Notes under the pieces: generated by a model
Databases searched by the model: none
The model's input: the letters and a program-made list of their open reading frames with translations, nothing else
What the model was told of the DNA's origin: nothing
NCBI GenBank assembly: GCA_028826165.1
Contig: JAPDFW010000044.1
Span: 530,617 to 594,616 of the forward strand
Direction: 5' to 3'
From: Anaeramoeba ignava BMAN
Taxonomy: Eukaryota > Protista > Anaeramoebae
Length of the DNA stretch: 64,000 nt
In this document: in pieces, positions 1-12,049 of the stretch
How the letters are laid out: every line of letters begins with the position of its first letter
Numbering within the stretch: position 1 is the stretch's first letter
Position numbers and translations under genes: made by a program

Positions 1-2
1 AA

Positions 3-1333
3 ATGAAAGTGAAAATGAAAGTGAAAATGAAAATGAAAATCAAAGTGAAAGTGAAAATGAAAATGAAAATGAAAATTAAAAATGAAATTAAAAATGAAAT
101 TAAAAATGAAAATATCAAAAATAATACCTTAAGGAGATTACAAGAAATTACAAATCTCGAAGATGGAATTATTATTGAAAAATTTTACAAAATCATCGAC
201 AAACAAATTGAACAAATTATTGCAAATCGAGATTATATACATCTTAAAGATAAAGAAATCACAGAAATTATCAAAAGAGATACATTAAATATTTCAAGAG
301 AATTATTGATTTTTTATATGGTTATTGATTTTGCTTTTGTTGTTTATCGGAAAATTGAAGAAAAAGAAACAAAATCTCAAAAAGTTGAAGTTTCTAAAAT
401 TTTTTTGGATAAAAAATCAAAAAGACAATTGAGAAAAAATTTACTTAAAAGAATTCGATTTGGAGCAATGAGTTTGAAAGATTTTGAAGAAGTATTAAGT
501 TATAATATCATTTCAGAAAAGGAAACTGAATTAATTCAAGATATTGCAGATTTTATTGAAAACAAAATGGATGGATTGTATGAAGAAAATAAAGAAATAT
601 CCAAAAAATATGAAGAAGAAGATGTTGATTGGTTTAAAAATAACAGAAATTTTTTTGATTTGGAATCTTTTGAATCAAATAAAAAAACCAGAGAAATGCA
701 AATCAACGAAAATATTCAATTGATTTCCCAAAATGTAAATGAAAATTACTTGAATAGGTATAATGTAGCTTTACAACAATGGATTGATAAAGAAATTTTG
801 AATAATTTCAAACTTCAATTTATTTCAATAAAGAATGATAATTTGAATTGCAAAGATTTTCATGAAATTTGTGACAATAAAGCTCCAATACTTATTATTA
901 TTGAAGCTCAAGGATCTGTTTTTGGAGGATTTAGTTCAATTGGTTGGACAACAAAAAAAGAAGAAAAAAAAGTGTCAAAATAGAAAATAAAGAAAATAAA
1001 GAAAATAAAGAAAATAAAGAAGAAGAAGTAAGATTTATTAAAGATGATAAAGCTTTTATTTTTGTCCTAAGATCCTTCGATTCAAAACAACAAATCTTGA
1101 AAGTAATTCCTGAAAAAAAGAAAACTGCTTTAATTTATTATTCAAAAAGAGGTCCAATTTTTGGAGATGGTTGGGATTTATCAATTTCTGCTGATTTGAA
1201 AACTTGTTTTTCTAATTTGGGTTATAATTATCAACTTCCAGATGGTATTAAATATAAATCAAAAGAAGCAAGACTGCTTTTTACTGGAAGATATGGAGAA
1301 TTGGATGTTGAAAGATTTGAAGTTTATTTTTAA
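3..1333 (+). CDS. BACK/TLDc-domain protein (probably BTB-BACK-TLDc), 5'-truncated by the window edge; one frameshift near 960-983
   Basis: BACK-like segment (LNISRELLIF...LLKRIRFGAMSLKDF). TLDc motifs are split across ORFs 3..983 (DFHEICDNKAPILIIIE...VFGGFSSIGW) and 944..1333 (DDKAFIFVL...GPIFGDGWDLSI...SNLGYNYQLP...VERFEVYF). The break lies in an A-run. Confidence 0.8.
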
Positions 1334-1434
1334 ATTTCAAAATTAAATCAAATTAAATTAAATTAAATTAAATTTAAATTTTCAAAAATATTTTTTTCAT
1401 TTTTTAATTTTTTAATTTAATTTTAAAATTTAAA

Positions 1435-3775
1435 ATGAATTCTTTAAATGAAAATCAAAATGAAAATGAAAATGAAAATGAAAATGAAAATGAAAATGAA
1501 AATGAAAATCAATTAGTTTTCTCAGCAAAACTTATTTCTTTAACAAAAATAAATCAAACAAATTCTCAATTTGAAAATATGGGAAAAGTTATTGTAGCAA
1601 TTACAGGAATTCCTGATTTATTTAATTATCAAATTATTTTTTATCAAGATAAAAGAAATCCAATCTCAACAATTTTTTTGAATAAATCCTTTAATTTTCA
1701 AGTAAAAATTAAAATTAAAAATATTAAAAAATTTAAAATGATAAAATTTATTTTCTTGTTTTTTTTTAGTCTCAAAACCAAAATTTTTTAACTTTTTATG
1801 AAGAAAATAATCAAAAATGGATTTTAAATTTTAATAATTCTCAAGATTCTATTGAATTTTCAACTCAACTTGCTTTCATTTTAATATTATTAAAAACTCA
1901 GATTTTGATTTAGATTTTGATTCAGAAAAATTAATTATTTTGATATTTATTTTGGAAATGATGAAAAAGTTATTGAAGGAACAAAAATTAGAATTAATTA
2001 TATTGGATGGATTGTTTTATGATATTTCAAATCCTAAAAATTCAAACCAAATTCGATACAACTTATGAAAAAGAAATTAAATTTGGATGTCAAATTGGTG
2101 ATTCAACAATTAGTAAAGGTATAAAATATATAAAATATAAATAAATATTTAAAATATAATATTTATTTTTATATTATTTAGTTTGGAATTTAGGTCTTCT
2201 TGGAATGCAAAAAGGTGGTCAAAGAATAATTTGTTCTCATCCTAAATTTCATTTCCAATATCAATATGAATATGAAAGAATGTTTAAACAAAAATTTTCA
2301 GAAAATTCAGTTATTGTTTATTTTGTTGATTTGAAAGAATTAATCCCATTAAATCAAATTAAAAATGATCAAAATGAATATTATTATGATAATTATTTCT
2401 CATTTCAACCAACAGAACAAGTCATGCTTGACAAAAATGATCCCTTTCAATTTAATCAATTTAATCAATTTAATCAATTTAATCAATTTGAACAATTTGA
2501 TTCAAAAGAATTTCCATTAATTGAAAATATTCAAGAACATGAAAACTTTGAAAATATCCAAAAACATGAAAGTGATGAAAAAACTCAAAATAAAATTTAT
2601 GATAATATTTTCGAAACAGATGAAATTAACAATTTAAACGAAGAAAAAAAACCAAAAGAAATTCCTCAAAAAGAAAAAGAACCAAAACAAATTTTCATTC
2701 AACAAAATTATCCAAAACAACCATTAATGAATATTAATGAAATATTAGATTTACTAATTGATACAAGAAGAAATGGAGTGGATAGTAAAATTCTTATCAA
2801 TAGTCTTTCCTTTTCATTTGATTCAATTTCTCAAAAAATTCAACAATTTCTTCATTCAATTCAAAAAATGGAAAATCAAAGTGATAAATCAAAAAGAAAT
2901 CAAAGCTTGAATCAAAAATTGATAATATAACAAATCAACAAACAAATATTGAAAGTCAATATTTACAAATTCAATCCAAAATGGAAAATCTTTATAAACA
3001 ATTTGATATCATTGAAGATGAAAGTTATTTTGATTCAATTTCTCAACAAGAAACAAAAGATAAAATGAAAGAATTAGAACAAAGTATTCATAATTTAAAA
3101 GAAGAAAATGAAAAACTCAAAGAAAATGAAGTTCAACTTCAAAATTTTAGATCAATTAATGATTCTAATGAAATTTCAATTCTTCAAGAAAAATTAGATG
3201 AAAAAGATGAAGAAATTTTAGAATTAAAAAAGAAAATTGAAGATATTTCAATTAAATCAAATGAAGAATTTGAATTAAAACAAAAAGAGTTTGAACAAAA
3301 ACAAAAAGAATTTGAACTAAAACAAGAAGAATTTGAATTAAAACAAAAAGAATTTGAACAAAAGCAAAAAGAATTTGAATTAAATCAAAATCAAAATCAA
3401 AATCAAAATCAAAATCAAAATCAAAATCAAAATCAAAATCAAAATCAAAATCAAAATCAAAATCAAAATCAAAATCAAAATCAAAATCAAAATCAAAATC
3501 AAAATCAAAATCAAAATCAAAATCAAAATGAAAATCAAAATCAAAATGATTTATTAAAAGAACGTAAAAGAATGGAAAAAAATATAACAAAATTAATGAA
3601 TTGGATTTTTTTACAATTACAAAAAATTTTTAAAAATGAAGAGAAATATGATGGAAAAACAATTTTAAAAACAAGTGCTGAAATTATAAAACATGGAACT
3701 ACACAATTAGTTTCAAATATTAATCCAAAACAAGAAGAAAATTTAGAAAATAAAAAAGACAAAAAGAAGAATTAA
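1435..3775 (+). CDS. FKBP15: FKBP15/WAFL-like protein (WH1-like N-terminus, FKBP-type PPIase-like domain, coiled coil); introns at about 1702-1769 and 2119-2181, several homopolymer frameshifts
   Basis: Spliced N-terminus ...FENMGKVIVAITG...YQIIFYQ...FLTFYEENNQKWILNF...IEFSTQLA resembles the FKBP15 N-terminal domain. GTKIRINYIGW...WNLGLLGMQKGGQRII matches the FKBP core. The C-terminus is a coiled coil with an (NQ)n run. Confidence 0.65.
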
Positions 3776-4028
3776 AATTAATTAAAATTAAAATTAAAAT
3801 TAGAATTAAAATTAAAATTAAAATTAAAATTAAAATTAAAATTAAAATTCATTTTAAAATTAAAATTAAAATTAAAATTAAAATTAAAATTAAAATTCAA
3901 ATTAAAATTAAAATCGAATTTAGTTCAAATTTAATTTTTTTCTTTTTAAAAAATAAATCAAAATTTTTTTCATTTTTTAATTTTCATTTTTTTATTTTCA
4001 AATTTTCATTTTTTTTTTTTAAATAAAA

Positions 4029-7000
4029 ATGTTTTCAAATTCTCCACTTAAAGATGCAGTTGAAAAAGCAACAGATAATTTATTAGATGCAGATTGGACT
4101 TACAATTCTAAAATAATTAATTATGTTAGGAGACATCCAACAGAGTAAAATAAAAAACAAAAAAATAACAAAAAAAAATTTTAAAAATTTAAAATTTAAT
4201 TAATAAAAATAATTTAGAGAAGAACATCTTGTTAATGCAATTAAAAATCGTTTAGGCAAAAATAATGCAAAAACTAAATCTCTTTCATTAATTGTAAACA
4301 AATTAAAATTAAAATTAAAATTCATTTATAAAATTAAAATTAAAATTAAAATCAAAATTAAAATTAAAATTAAAATTAAAATTAAAATTAAAATTAAAAT
4401 CAAAATTAAAATTAAAATTAAAATTAAAATTAAAATTAAAATTAAAATTAAAATTAAAATTAAAATTAAAATTAAAATTAAAATTAAAATTAAATTTAAA
4501 ATTAAAATTAAAATTAAAATTAAAATTAAAATTAAAATTTAAAATTAAAATTAAAAATTAAAATTAAAATTAAAATTAAAAATTAAAAATTAAAATTAAA
4601 ATTAAAATTAAAATTAAAATTAAAATTAAAAATTAAAATTAAAATTAAAATTAAAATTAAAAATTAAAATTAAAATTAAAATTTAAATTAAAATTAAAAT
4701 TTAAAAATTAAAATTAAATTTAAATTAAAATCAAAAATTAAAATTAAAATTAAAAATTAAAATTTAAAATTAAAATTAAAATTAAAATTAAAATTAAAAT
4801 TAAAATTAAAATTAAAATTAAAATTAAAATTAAAATTAAAATTTAAAATTAAAATTTAAAATTTAAAATTAAAATTAAAATTAAAATCAAAATTAAAAAT
4901 TAAAATTAAAATTAAAAATTAAAATTAAAATTAAAATTAAAAATTAAAATTAAAATTAAAATTAAAATTAAAATTAAAATTAAAATTAAAATTAAAATTA
5001 AAATTAAAATTAAAATTAAAATTAAAATTAAAATTAAAATCAAAATTTAAAATTAAAATTAAAATTAAAATTAAAATTAAAATTAAAATTAAAATTAAAT
5101 TTAAAATTAAATTTAAAAATTAAAATTTAAATTTAAATTTAAATTAAAATTAAAATTTAAAATTAAAATTAAAATTAAAAATTAAAATTAAAATTAAAAT
5201 TAAAATTAAAATTAAAAATTAAAATTAAAATTAAAATTAAAATCAAAATTAAAATTATAATCAAAATTAAAATTAAAATTAAAATTAAAATTAAAATTAA
5301 AAATTAAAATTAAAATTAAAATTAAAATTAAAATTAAAATTAAAATTAAAATTAAAAATTAAAAATTAAAATTAAAATTAAAATTAAAATTAAAATTAAA
5401 ATTAAAATTCATTTTAAAATTAAAATTAAATTTAAAATTAAAATTAAAATTAAAATTAAAATTAAAATTGAAATCAAAATCAAAATCAAAATTAAAATCA
5501 AAATTAAATTTAAAATTAAAATTAAAATTTAAAATTTAAAATTAAAATTAAAATTAAAATTTAAATTAAAATTAAAATTAAAATTAAAATCAAAATTAAA
5601 TTTAAAATTAAAATTAAAATTAAAATTTAAATTTAAATTAAAATTAAAATTAAAATCAAAATTTAAAATCAAAATTCATTTATAAAATTTAAATTTAAAA
5701 CAATAAAGCTTTTAGATGCATGCTTAAAAAATATACCAAGTTTAATTAAATATATTGAAAAAGATAATTTTATGAAAAAATTAATGAGTATTTCCAAAAG
5801 TGATAAAGCACCAGAAGCAAGAGATAGAGCAAGATATTTGATTCAAAAATATTCTAAAAATAACAAAAAAATTGCAAAACATTTACAAAATTTACTTAAA
5901 ATTGGAGCAAAGCTTCCACCAGAAGGAACTTTTGAAGAACCTCCAGATATTCCAAAACCAAAAGAATCAACTCAAAATACAACTAGAAATTTTCAATCAA
6001 TTCCTATGGCAATGGGAATGTATGGTGGAACTTATCCTGTTTTTTCTCCTCAAATTCCTCAAAATTATTATTATTATCAACAACAACAATTTCAACAACA
6101 ACAATTTCAACAACAACCTCAAATGGTAAACAATTTAAAACAATTTCCAAAAATATTTAAATTAAAAGAAATATTTAAATTAAAGGAATATTTAAATTAA
6201 AAGGATATTTAAATAAAAAGAAATATTTAAATTAAAAGAAATATTTAAATAAAAAGAAATATTTAAATTAAAAGAAATATTTAAATTAAAAGGAAATATT
6301 TCCAAAAATATTTAAATAAAAAGAAATATTTAAATTAAAAGAAATATTTAAATTAAAAGAAATATTTAAATTAAAAATATTTAAATTAAAAAGAATATTT
6401 AAATTAAAAGGAAATATTTCCAAAAATATTTAAATAAAAAAGAAATATTTAAATTAAAAATATTTAAATTAAAAATATTTAAATTAAAAGAAATATTTCC
6501 AAAAATATTTAAATTAAAAGAAATATTTCCAGAAATATTTAAATTAAAAAGATATTTAAATTAAAAGAATATTTAAATTAAAAAGAATATTTAGATTAAA
6601 AGAATATTTCCAAAAATATTTTAAATTAAAAGAAATATTTCCAAAAATATTTAAATTAAAAAGGAATATTTAAATTAAAAGAAATATTTAAATTAAAAAA
6701 GAAATATCTAAATTAAAACAATTTCCAAAAATATTTAAATTAAAAATAATATTTAAATTAAAAGAATATTTAAATTAAAAGAATATTTAAATTAAAAGAA
6801 ATATTTAAATTAAAAGAAATATTAAAATTAAAAGAAATATTTAAATTAAAAGAATATTTAAATTAAAAGAAATATTTAAATTAAAAGAAATATTTAAATT
6901 AAAAGAATATTTAAATTAAAAAGAATATTTAGATTAAAAGAATATTTCCAAAAATATTTAGATTAAAAGAATATTTCCAAAAATATTTAAATTAAAAAGA

Positions 7001-8528
7001 AATATTTCCAAAAATATTTAAATTAAAAAGAAATATTTCCAAAAATATTTAAATTAAAGAAATATTTCCAAGAATATTTAAATTAAAAGAAATATTTAAA
7101 TTAAAAGAATATTTAAATTTAAAGAAATATTTAAATTTAAAGAAATATTTAAATTAAAAGAAATATTTAAATTAAAAGAAATATTTAAATTAAAAGAAAT
7201 ATTTAAATTAAAAGAATATTTAAATTAAAAAAAATATTTAAAATCAAAAAAATCATTTTTATTTTTGATTCTATTTTAGATGATGTCAAACATGACAAAA
7301 GAACAAAAAGCAGAAAAAATTAGAAAAGATTTAAAAGTAGTAAAAGAAACAATCCAATTATTAACAGAAACTTTAAAAGCTGTTCAACCTACAGATGATA
7401 TTAAAAAAGATGAAACAATACAAGAATTATATTTAACTGTGAAACAAATTAGTTATTTAATGATTCGTTTAGCTGGAAAAATAACTGATAATGATGAATT
7501 ATTAACAGAAGTTTTGATTTATAACGATATTGTTAATACTGCAAAATTAAATTATCAAAAAGCTTTGAAACATGAACCAGTTGATGAAATTCGTAAATTA
7601 ATTTTTCATTTTAATTAATTTTAATTTAATTTAATTTAATTTAATTTAATTTAATTTTGAAATAAAGATTTTCCTGGAGATTCTGAAAAAAAAGAAGAGA
7701 AATCATCTGATGAAAGTATTAGTGATAATGAATTTAAAAGTGTATCAGATGATAGTGATATTGAATCTGATGAAAAAGATGAACAAAAAAAAGAAAAATC
7801 AACAAATCAAAAACCAACTAAAATTGAATCAAATCAACAAAATAATTTAATTGATCTTGATATTAATCCAAAACCAAATCCACAATTAAATCAACAACAA
7901 AATCAATTTAATCAACCAAATCAATTTAATCAACCAAATCAACAATTAAATCAATTTAATCAACCAAATCAATTTAATCAACCAAATCAATTTAATCAAC
8001 CAAATCAACAATTAAATCAATTTAATCAACCAAATCAATTTAATCAACCAAATCAACAATTAAATCAATTTAATCAACAACCAAATCAATTTAATCAACC
8101 AAATCAATTTAAACAAAATCAATTTAATCCACAATTAAATCAACCAATAAATCAATTTAATCAACAACCAAATCAATTTAATCCACAATTAAATCAACAA
8201 CCAAATCAATTTAATCAACAATTAAAATTATTTAATCAACCAAATCAAGTTAAACAACAACCAATAAAACAAGTTAATCAACAAAAACAAAATCAACCAA
8301 AAGAAAAAGATCCTTTTATTGATGGAATTGAATATCTTGAATCAATAAATTCAAAAAATCAAAATCAAAATCAAAAATCAAAATCAAAATCAAAATCAAA
8401 ATCAAAATGAAGAAAATCAAAATGAAGAAAAAGATGAAAAATCTTCAAATAGTGAAGATGATTTTGATAGTTTTTTCTCAACTCGTTCTAAAAAAAAGAC
8501 AACAAAAAAAACAGCTTTATTTAATTAA
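4029..8528 (+). CDS. TOM1-like VHS-GAT adaptor; exons about 4029-4144, 4218-4293, 5709-6125, 7280-7592, 7668-8528
   Basis: Manual splicing gives the VHS domain MFSNSPLKDAVEKATDNLLDADWTYN...AIKNRL...SLILLDACLKN and a GAT-like helical exon at 7280. The C-terminal region has a clathrin-box-like LIDLD and DFDSFFSTR. All introns are GT-AG. Confidence 0.8.
4294..5708 (+). repeat. 1.4-kb intron almost entirely (AAAATT)n
   Basis: GTAAAC...ATAAAG boundaries join in-frame VHS exons; the interior is a hexamer microsatellite. Confidence 0.9.
6126..7279 (+). repeat. 1.15-kb intron filled with a ~19-20 bp minisatellite (AAATATTTAAATTAAAAG)
   Basis: GTAAAC...TTTTAG boundaries; the tandem unit is directly visible, with TTTCCAAAA variants. 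Confidence 0.85.
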
Positions 8529-8805
8529 AAAATTTTTAATGAAATGAAATGAAAAATTCAAATTAAATCAATCAATTAAATTATTATTTCTTTTTTTTTT
8601 TTTCCTTTTTTAAAAAAGAGAAGAAAAATATTATTTGAACAAAACAAAAGAAAACAAAAGAAAATAATTTCAAAATTGAAGAATTTCTTTTTTTCTTTTC
8701 CTAAATTTATTCTTTTTATTCTTTCAAAAAAAAAATGAATTGAAAAATGAATTGAAAATTGAAAATTGAAATGAAAATTTTTTAGATTTTGTTTGTGTCT
8801 TGTTT

Positions 8806-10746
8806 TTAAATTAATCCATTTGCAAAACTTTGAATTATTCCAGGAGCACTTGAATCAAATCCAACAACATCAAGCATATAAGGATCAGAAGGATCTGCAA
8901 TTGAAAATTTTGTAGCAGTAAATCCAATAACAACTAATTTAGCATCAGGAATATTCATTTCTTTTCTATAATTCTTTATTGCTTGAAAAGGATGAATATT
9001 TCCAGAATAAGTCTCATTATCAGTCATTACAACAAAAACATCAACAGGAATTCTCTTTTCCAAAGCATAAATCATAGGTTGAGCACAATCAGTTCCACCA
9101 AAAGCAAAACCTGACATTTTTGAAATTAAACCTTCAAGTTTTTTTTCTTTCTTGAGATAATCAACATTTTGGAAAGTAGTTGAAAATGCACATAAATGAG
9201 TATCTTTTTCCACTCTTGTAATAACAGACATCATTGCAGCAGCAGCATCACGAGCACAAACAGCAGGATTTCCACTGATAAAAGCACATGACATACTTCC
9301 AGAAACATCAACTCCAAGAAGCCATCTCTTGTTTGTTGGTTCGACATAATTGAAGGTTAAGTAAAAAGCTTCATCAAGTGCATTAAGAATTTTTGGAACA
9401 GGTTTCCAAGTTAAATTTCCTTTTATACCTTTTCCTCTTCCATAAACTTTGAGAGCAACAAAAACATTGAATGGATGAATTCTTGATTTCTTCAAATATT
9501 CTTCATTCAAAAAATTCCGAACAACAATATCATTGTATTTTTGACTATCCTTTGAATCAGCTGAAAGTAATCCTATTTCAGTCATCTTCCCAAGATTCCG
9601 AATTGTTGCTGTAAGTGGCATTGATTCAAGAAGAGCTGCCCAGATTTCTTTTGTGTTAAGCCATACTGTTGGAATATGTTCTCGTGCAAGATTTTGTTCT
9701 TTTATCAATTCAATCACATTTTCTGCTGTTTCTGATTTTTTGATTTTTTCAACTGTTTCAAGAAATTGGAAAACTTGTTGGAATTCTTTGTCATTTGCAA
9801 TATCGTTAGTATAAACTGGATATTGTTTAGGTTTTTTCTTTTTGTCTGTTTCTTCAATTTTCATTTCTTTTTGATCTTTATCAGTTGAAATTGTCATGTT
9901 CTTGTCTTTTTCTTTTTCTTTTTCATTTTCATTTTCATTTTCATTTTCATTTTTATCAGTTGAAATTGTCATGTTCTTGTCTTTTTCTTTTTCATTTTCA
10001 TTTTCATTTTGTTTATTAGAAATTTCTTGATTGGTTTTCAATTCATTTTTTTCATTGCTCAATTGAATCAAATTTTGAGGAATTCTCACAAGAGCATCTT
10101 TTCCATTAACAATATAATCAAAAATAAGTTTCAAGGAATTTGTAGAAGGTTTTGGATGAATAAGTCTCAAAAGATCACGATGACTCCAACCTTCTCTTGA
10201 TTGGTATTTAGTAATCAAGTAAGCAAGTTTCTTAGCATCATGATCATTTTTGTACCATTTGGCTAAAGATTCTCTGTGTTTTCTTCCCCAACCTTTTGAT
10301 TTCGATTGAAGCTTAGAAAATTGCAAACAATATTTAACAAAAAGAAAAAGTGTTGTAGGAATTCTGCACACTTTTGGAACAGCAGCATAAGCAGCATCAA
10401 TTGTATCTTTGAATTTCTTTCGATCCGCCAACTTGGCACAAATTGCAAGAGCAAAAATCCCTGGTTCTTGTTTTGCTGCTCTTCCTTCAACTGAGTATTC
10501 TACAATTGTTTCAACTACTTCTAATCCTCTTCCTTTATCAATGAGTTCAGTGATTGATTTTGTGTTTTCTAATTTTAATTGAGGTGCATTTTGATAATAT
10601 GTTCCTGTTTCACATCCTAAAGTGAGAAATCTTCGTAATCGTACCATATCATCTACTTCGAAAACAAATCCACCTGCATTGTTTCGAACCATGTCATTTT
10701 CTCTCCCTTTTTCTGGTTGTTGTTGATTTGTGAATTTTTTACTCAT
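8806..10746 (-). CDS. RO60: Ro60 (TROVE + vWA) RNA-binding protein, intronless
   Basis: NNAGGFVFEVDDMVRLRRFLTLG..GTYY, KYQSREGWSHRDLLRLIHPKP, MPLTATIRNLGKMT, SRIHPF, MIDAS motif DVSGSM, GGTDCAQPM, TDNET, DPYMLDVVGFD. Confidence 0.97.
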   Translation of the reverse strand: MSKKFTNQQQPEKGRENDMVRNNAGGFVFEVDDMVRLRRFLTLGCETGTYYQNAPQLKLENTKSITELIDKGRGLEVVETIVEYSVEGRAAKQEPGIFALAICAKLADRKKFKDTIDAAYAAVPKVCRIPTTLFLFVKYCLQFSKLQSKSKGWGRKHRESLAKWYKNDHDAKKLAYLITKYQSREGWSHRDLLRLIHPKPSTNSLKLIFDYIVNGKDALVRIPQNLIQLSNEKNELKTNQEISNKQNENENEKEKDKNMTISTDKNENENENENEKEKEKDKNMTISTDKDQKEMKIEETDKKKKPKQYPVYTNDIANDKEFQQVFQFLETVEKIKKSETAENVIELIKEQNLAREHIPTVWLNTKEIWAALLESMPLTATIRNLGKMTEIGLLSADSKDSQKYNDIVVRNFLNEEYLKKSRIHPFNVFVALKVYGRGKGIKGNLTWKPVPKILNALDEAFYLTFNYVEPTNKRWLLGVDVSGSMSCAFISGNPAVCARDAAAAMMSVITRVEKDTHLCAFSTTFQNVDYLKKEKKLEGLISKMSGFAFGGTDCAQPMIYALEKRIPVDVFVVMTDNETYSGNIHPFQAIKNYRKEMNIPDAKLVVIGFTATKFSIADPSDPYMLDVVGFDSSAPGIIQSFANGLI

Positions 10747-10979
10747 TTTGAAAATAACTTGGTTAAATTTTTAATAATTATTTTTGTTTAATTAATTATT
10801 AATTTATTAAGCAAGTGATTAAGAATGAAAAAATGAAAAAAAAAATATATTTTTTCTTTTAAACTTGAATAAATAAAAATGACATATTTCTATATTATTT
10901 CCTATACATATTAATTTATATTTTTTCTCTTTTTTTTATTTAATTTTTATTTCTCCTTTTTTTTTTCTATTTAATCTTT

Positions 10980-11705
10980 AAATAAATTTAAAAAATAAAA
11001 AATTATTAATTAATATATTATAAAATAATTTATAAATAAATATTAAATTAAAATTATTATAAATATTTATATAAATTTATTTCAAAAAAAAGTGGAATAA
11101 AAATATTTTAATAAATAAATATAAATAAATTAAATAAATATTAATTAAATTTAAAAATAAAAATTATTAATTAATATATTTTAAAATAATTTATAAATAA
11201 ATATTAAATTAAAATTATTATAAATATTTATATAAATTTATTTCAAAAAAAAGTGGAATAAAAATATTTTTATAAATAAATATAAATAAATTAAATAATA
11301 ATTAATTAAATTTAAAAAATAGAAAATTATTAATTAATATAATATAAAATAATTTATAAATAAATATTAAATTAAAATTATTATAAATATTTATATAAAT
11401 TTATTTCAAAAAAAAGTGGAATAAAAATATTTTAATAAATAAATAAAAATAAATTAAATAAAGATTAAATAAATTTAAAAAATAAAAAATTATTAATTAA
11501 TATAATATAAAATAATTTATAAATAAATATTAAATTAAAATTATTATAAATATTTATATAATTTTATTTCAAAAAAAAGTGGAATAAAAATATTTTAATA
11601 AATAAATATAAATAAATTAAATAAATATTAATTAAATTTAAAAAATAAAAAATTATTAATTAATATAATCTAAAATAATTTATAAATAAATATTAAATTA
11701 AAATT
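10980..11705. repeat. Tandem repeat, ~162-bp unit, ~4.5 copies, in the divergent intergenic region between Ro60 and the RhoGAP gene
   Basis: The GTGGAATAA anchor recurs at 11092, 11253, 11416 and 11579 with near-identical flanks. Confidence 0.9.
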
Positions 11706-11889
11706 AAAAGAAAAAATGAAAAAAAAGATCAAATTATTTTCGAAAAAAAAAAAAATTTTTTTTTAATTAATTTTTAATTTAAATTGATCAGTTTTTTTTC
11801 TTTTTAAAATAAAAAAACAAAAAAAAACAAAATAACCATTTTTTTTAATTTAAAATTTAGTTTATTCAAAAAGCAAAAAAAAAAATTAA

Positions 11890-11940
11890 ATTTCATTTTT
11901 TTTCATTTTTTTTCATTTTTTTCATTTTTTTCATTTCAAT
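11890..11940 (+). promoter_or_regulatory. Cluster of TTTTCATTTT (Inr-like) motifs upstream of the RhoGAP ATG; representative of a window-wide motif
   Basis: Five tandem TCATTT copies here. The same motif lies shortly upstream of almost every start codon, on the coding strand. Confidence 0.55.
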
Positions 11941-12049
11941 TTATTTTATATTTTTTATATTTTTTTTAAATTTAAAAAAACAAAAACAAAAAAAATTAAA
12001 AATTATTTTTTAAAAAAAAATAACGGAATAAATAATAAAAATAATAAAA

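Noticed and set aside
4294-5708. Telomeric repeat or chromosome end
   Set aside because: The (AAAATT)n tract lies inside a GT-AG intron joining in-frame VHS exons and has no G-rich strand.
10750-12040. Y RNA or other ncRNA next to Ro60
   Set aside because: The flanks are nearly pure A/T repeat with no GC-containing stem or Ro-binding bulged helix visible. No tRNA or rRNA was recognised anywhere in the window.
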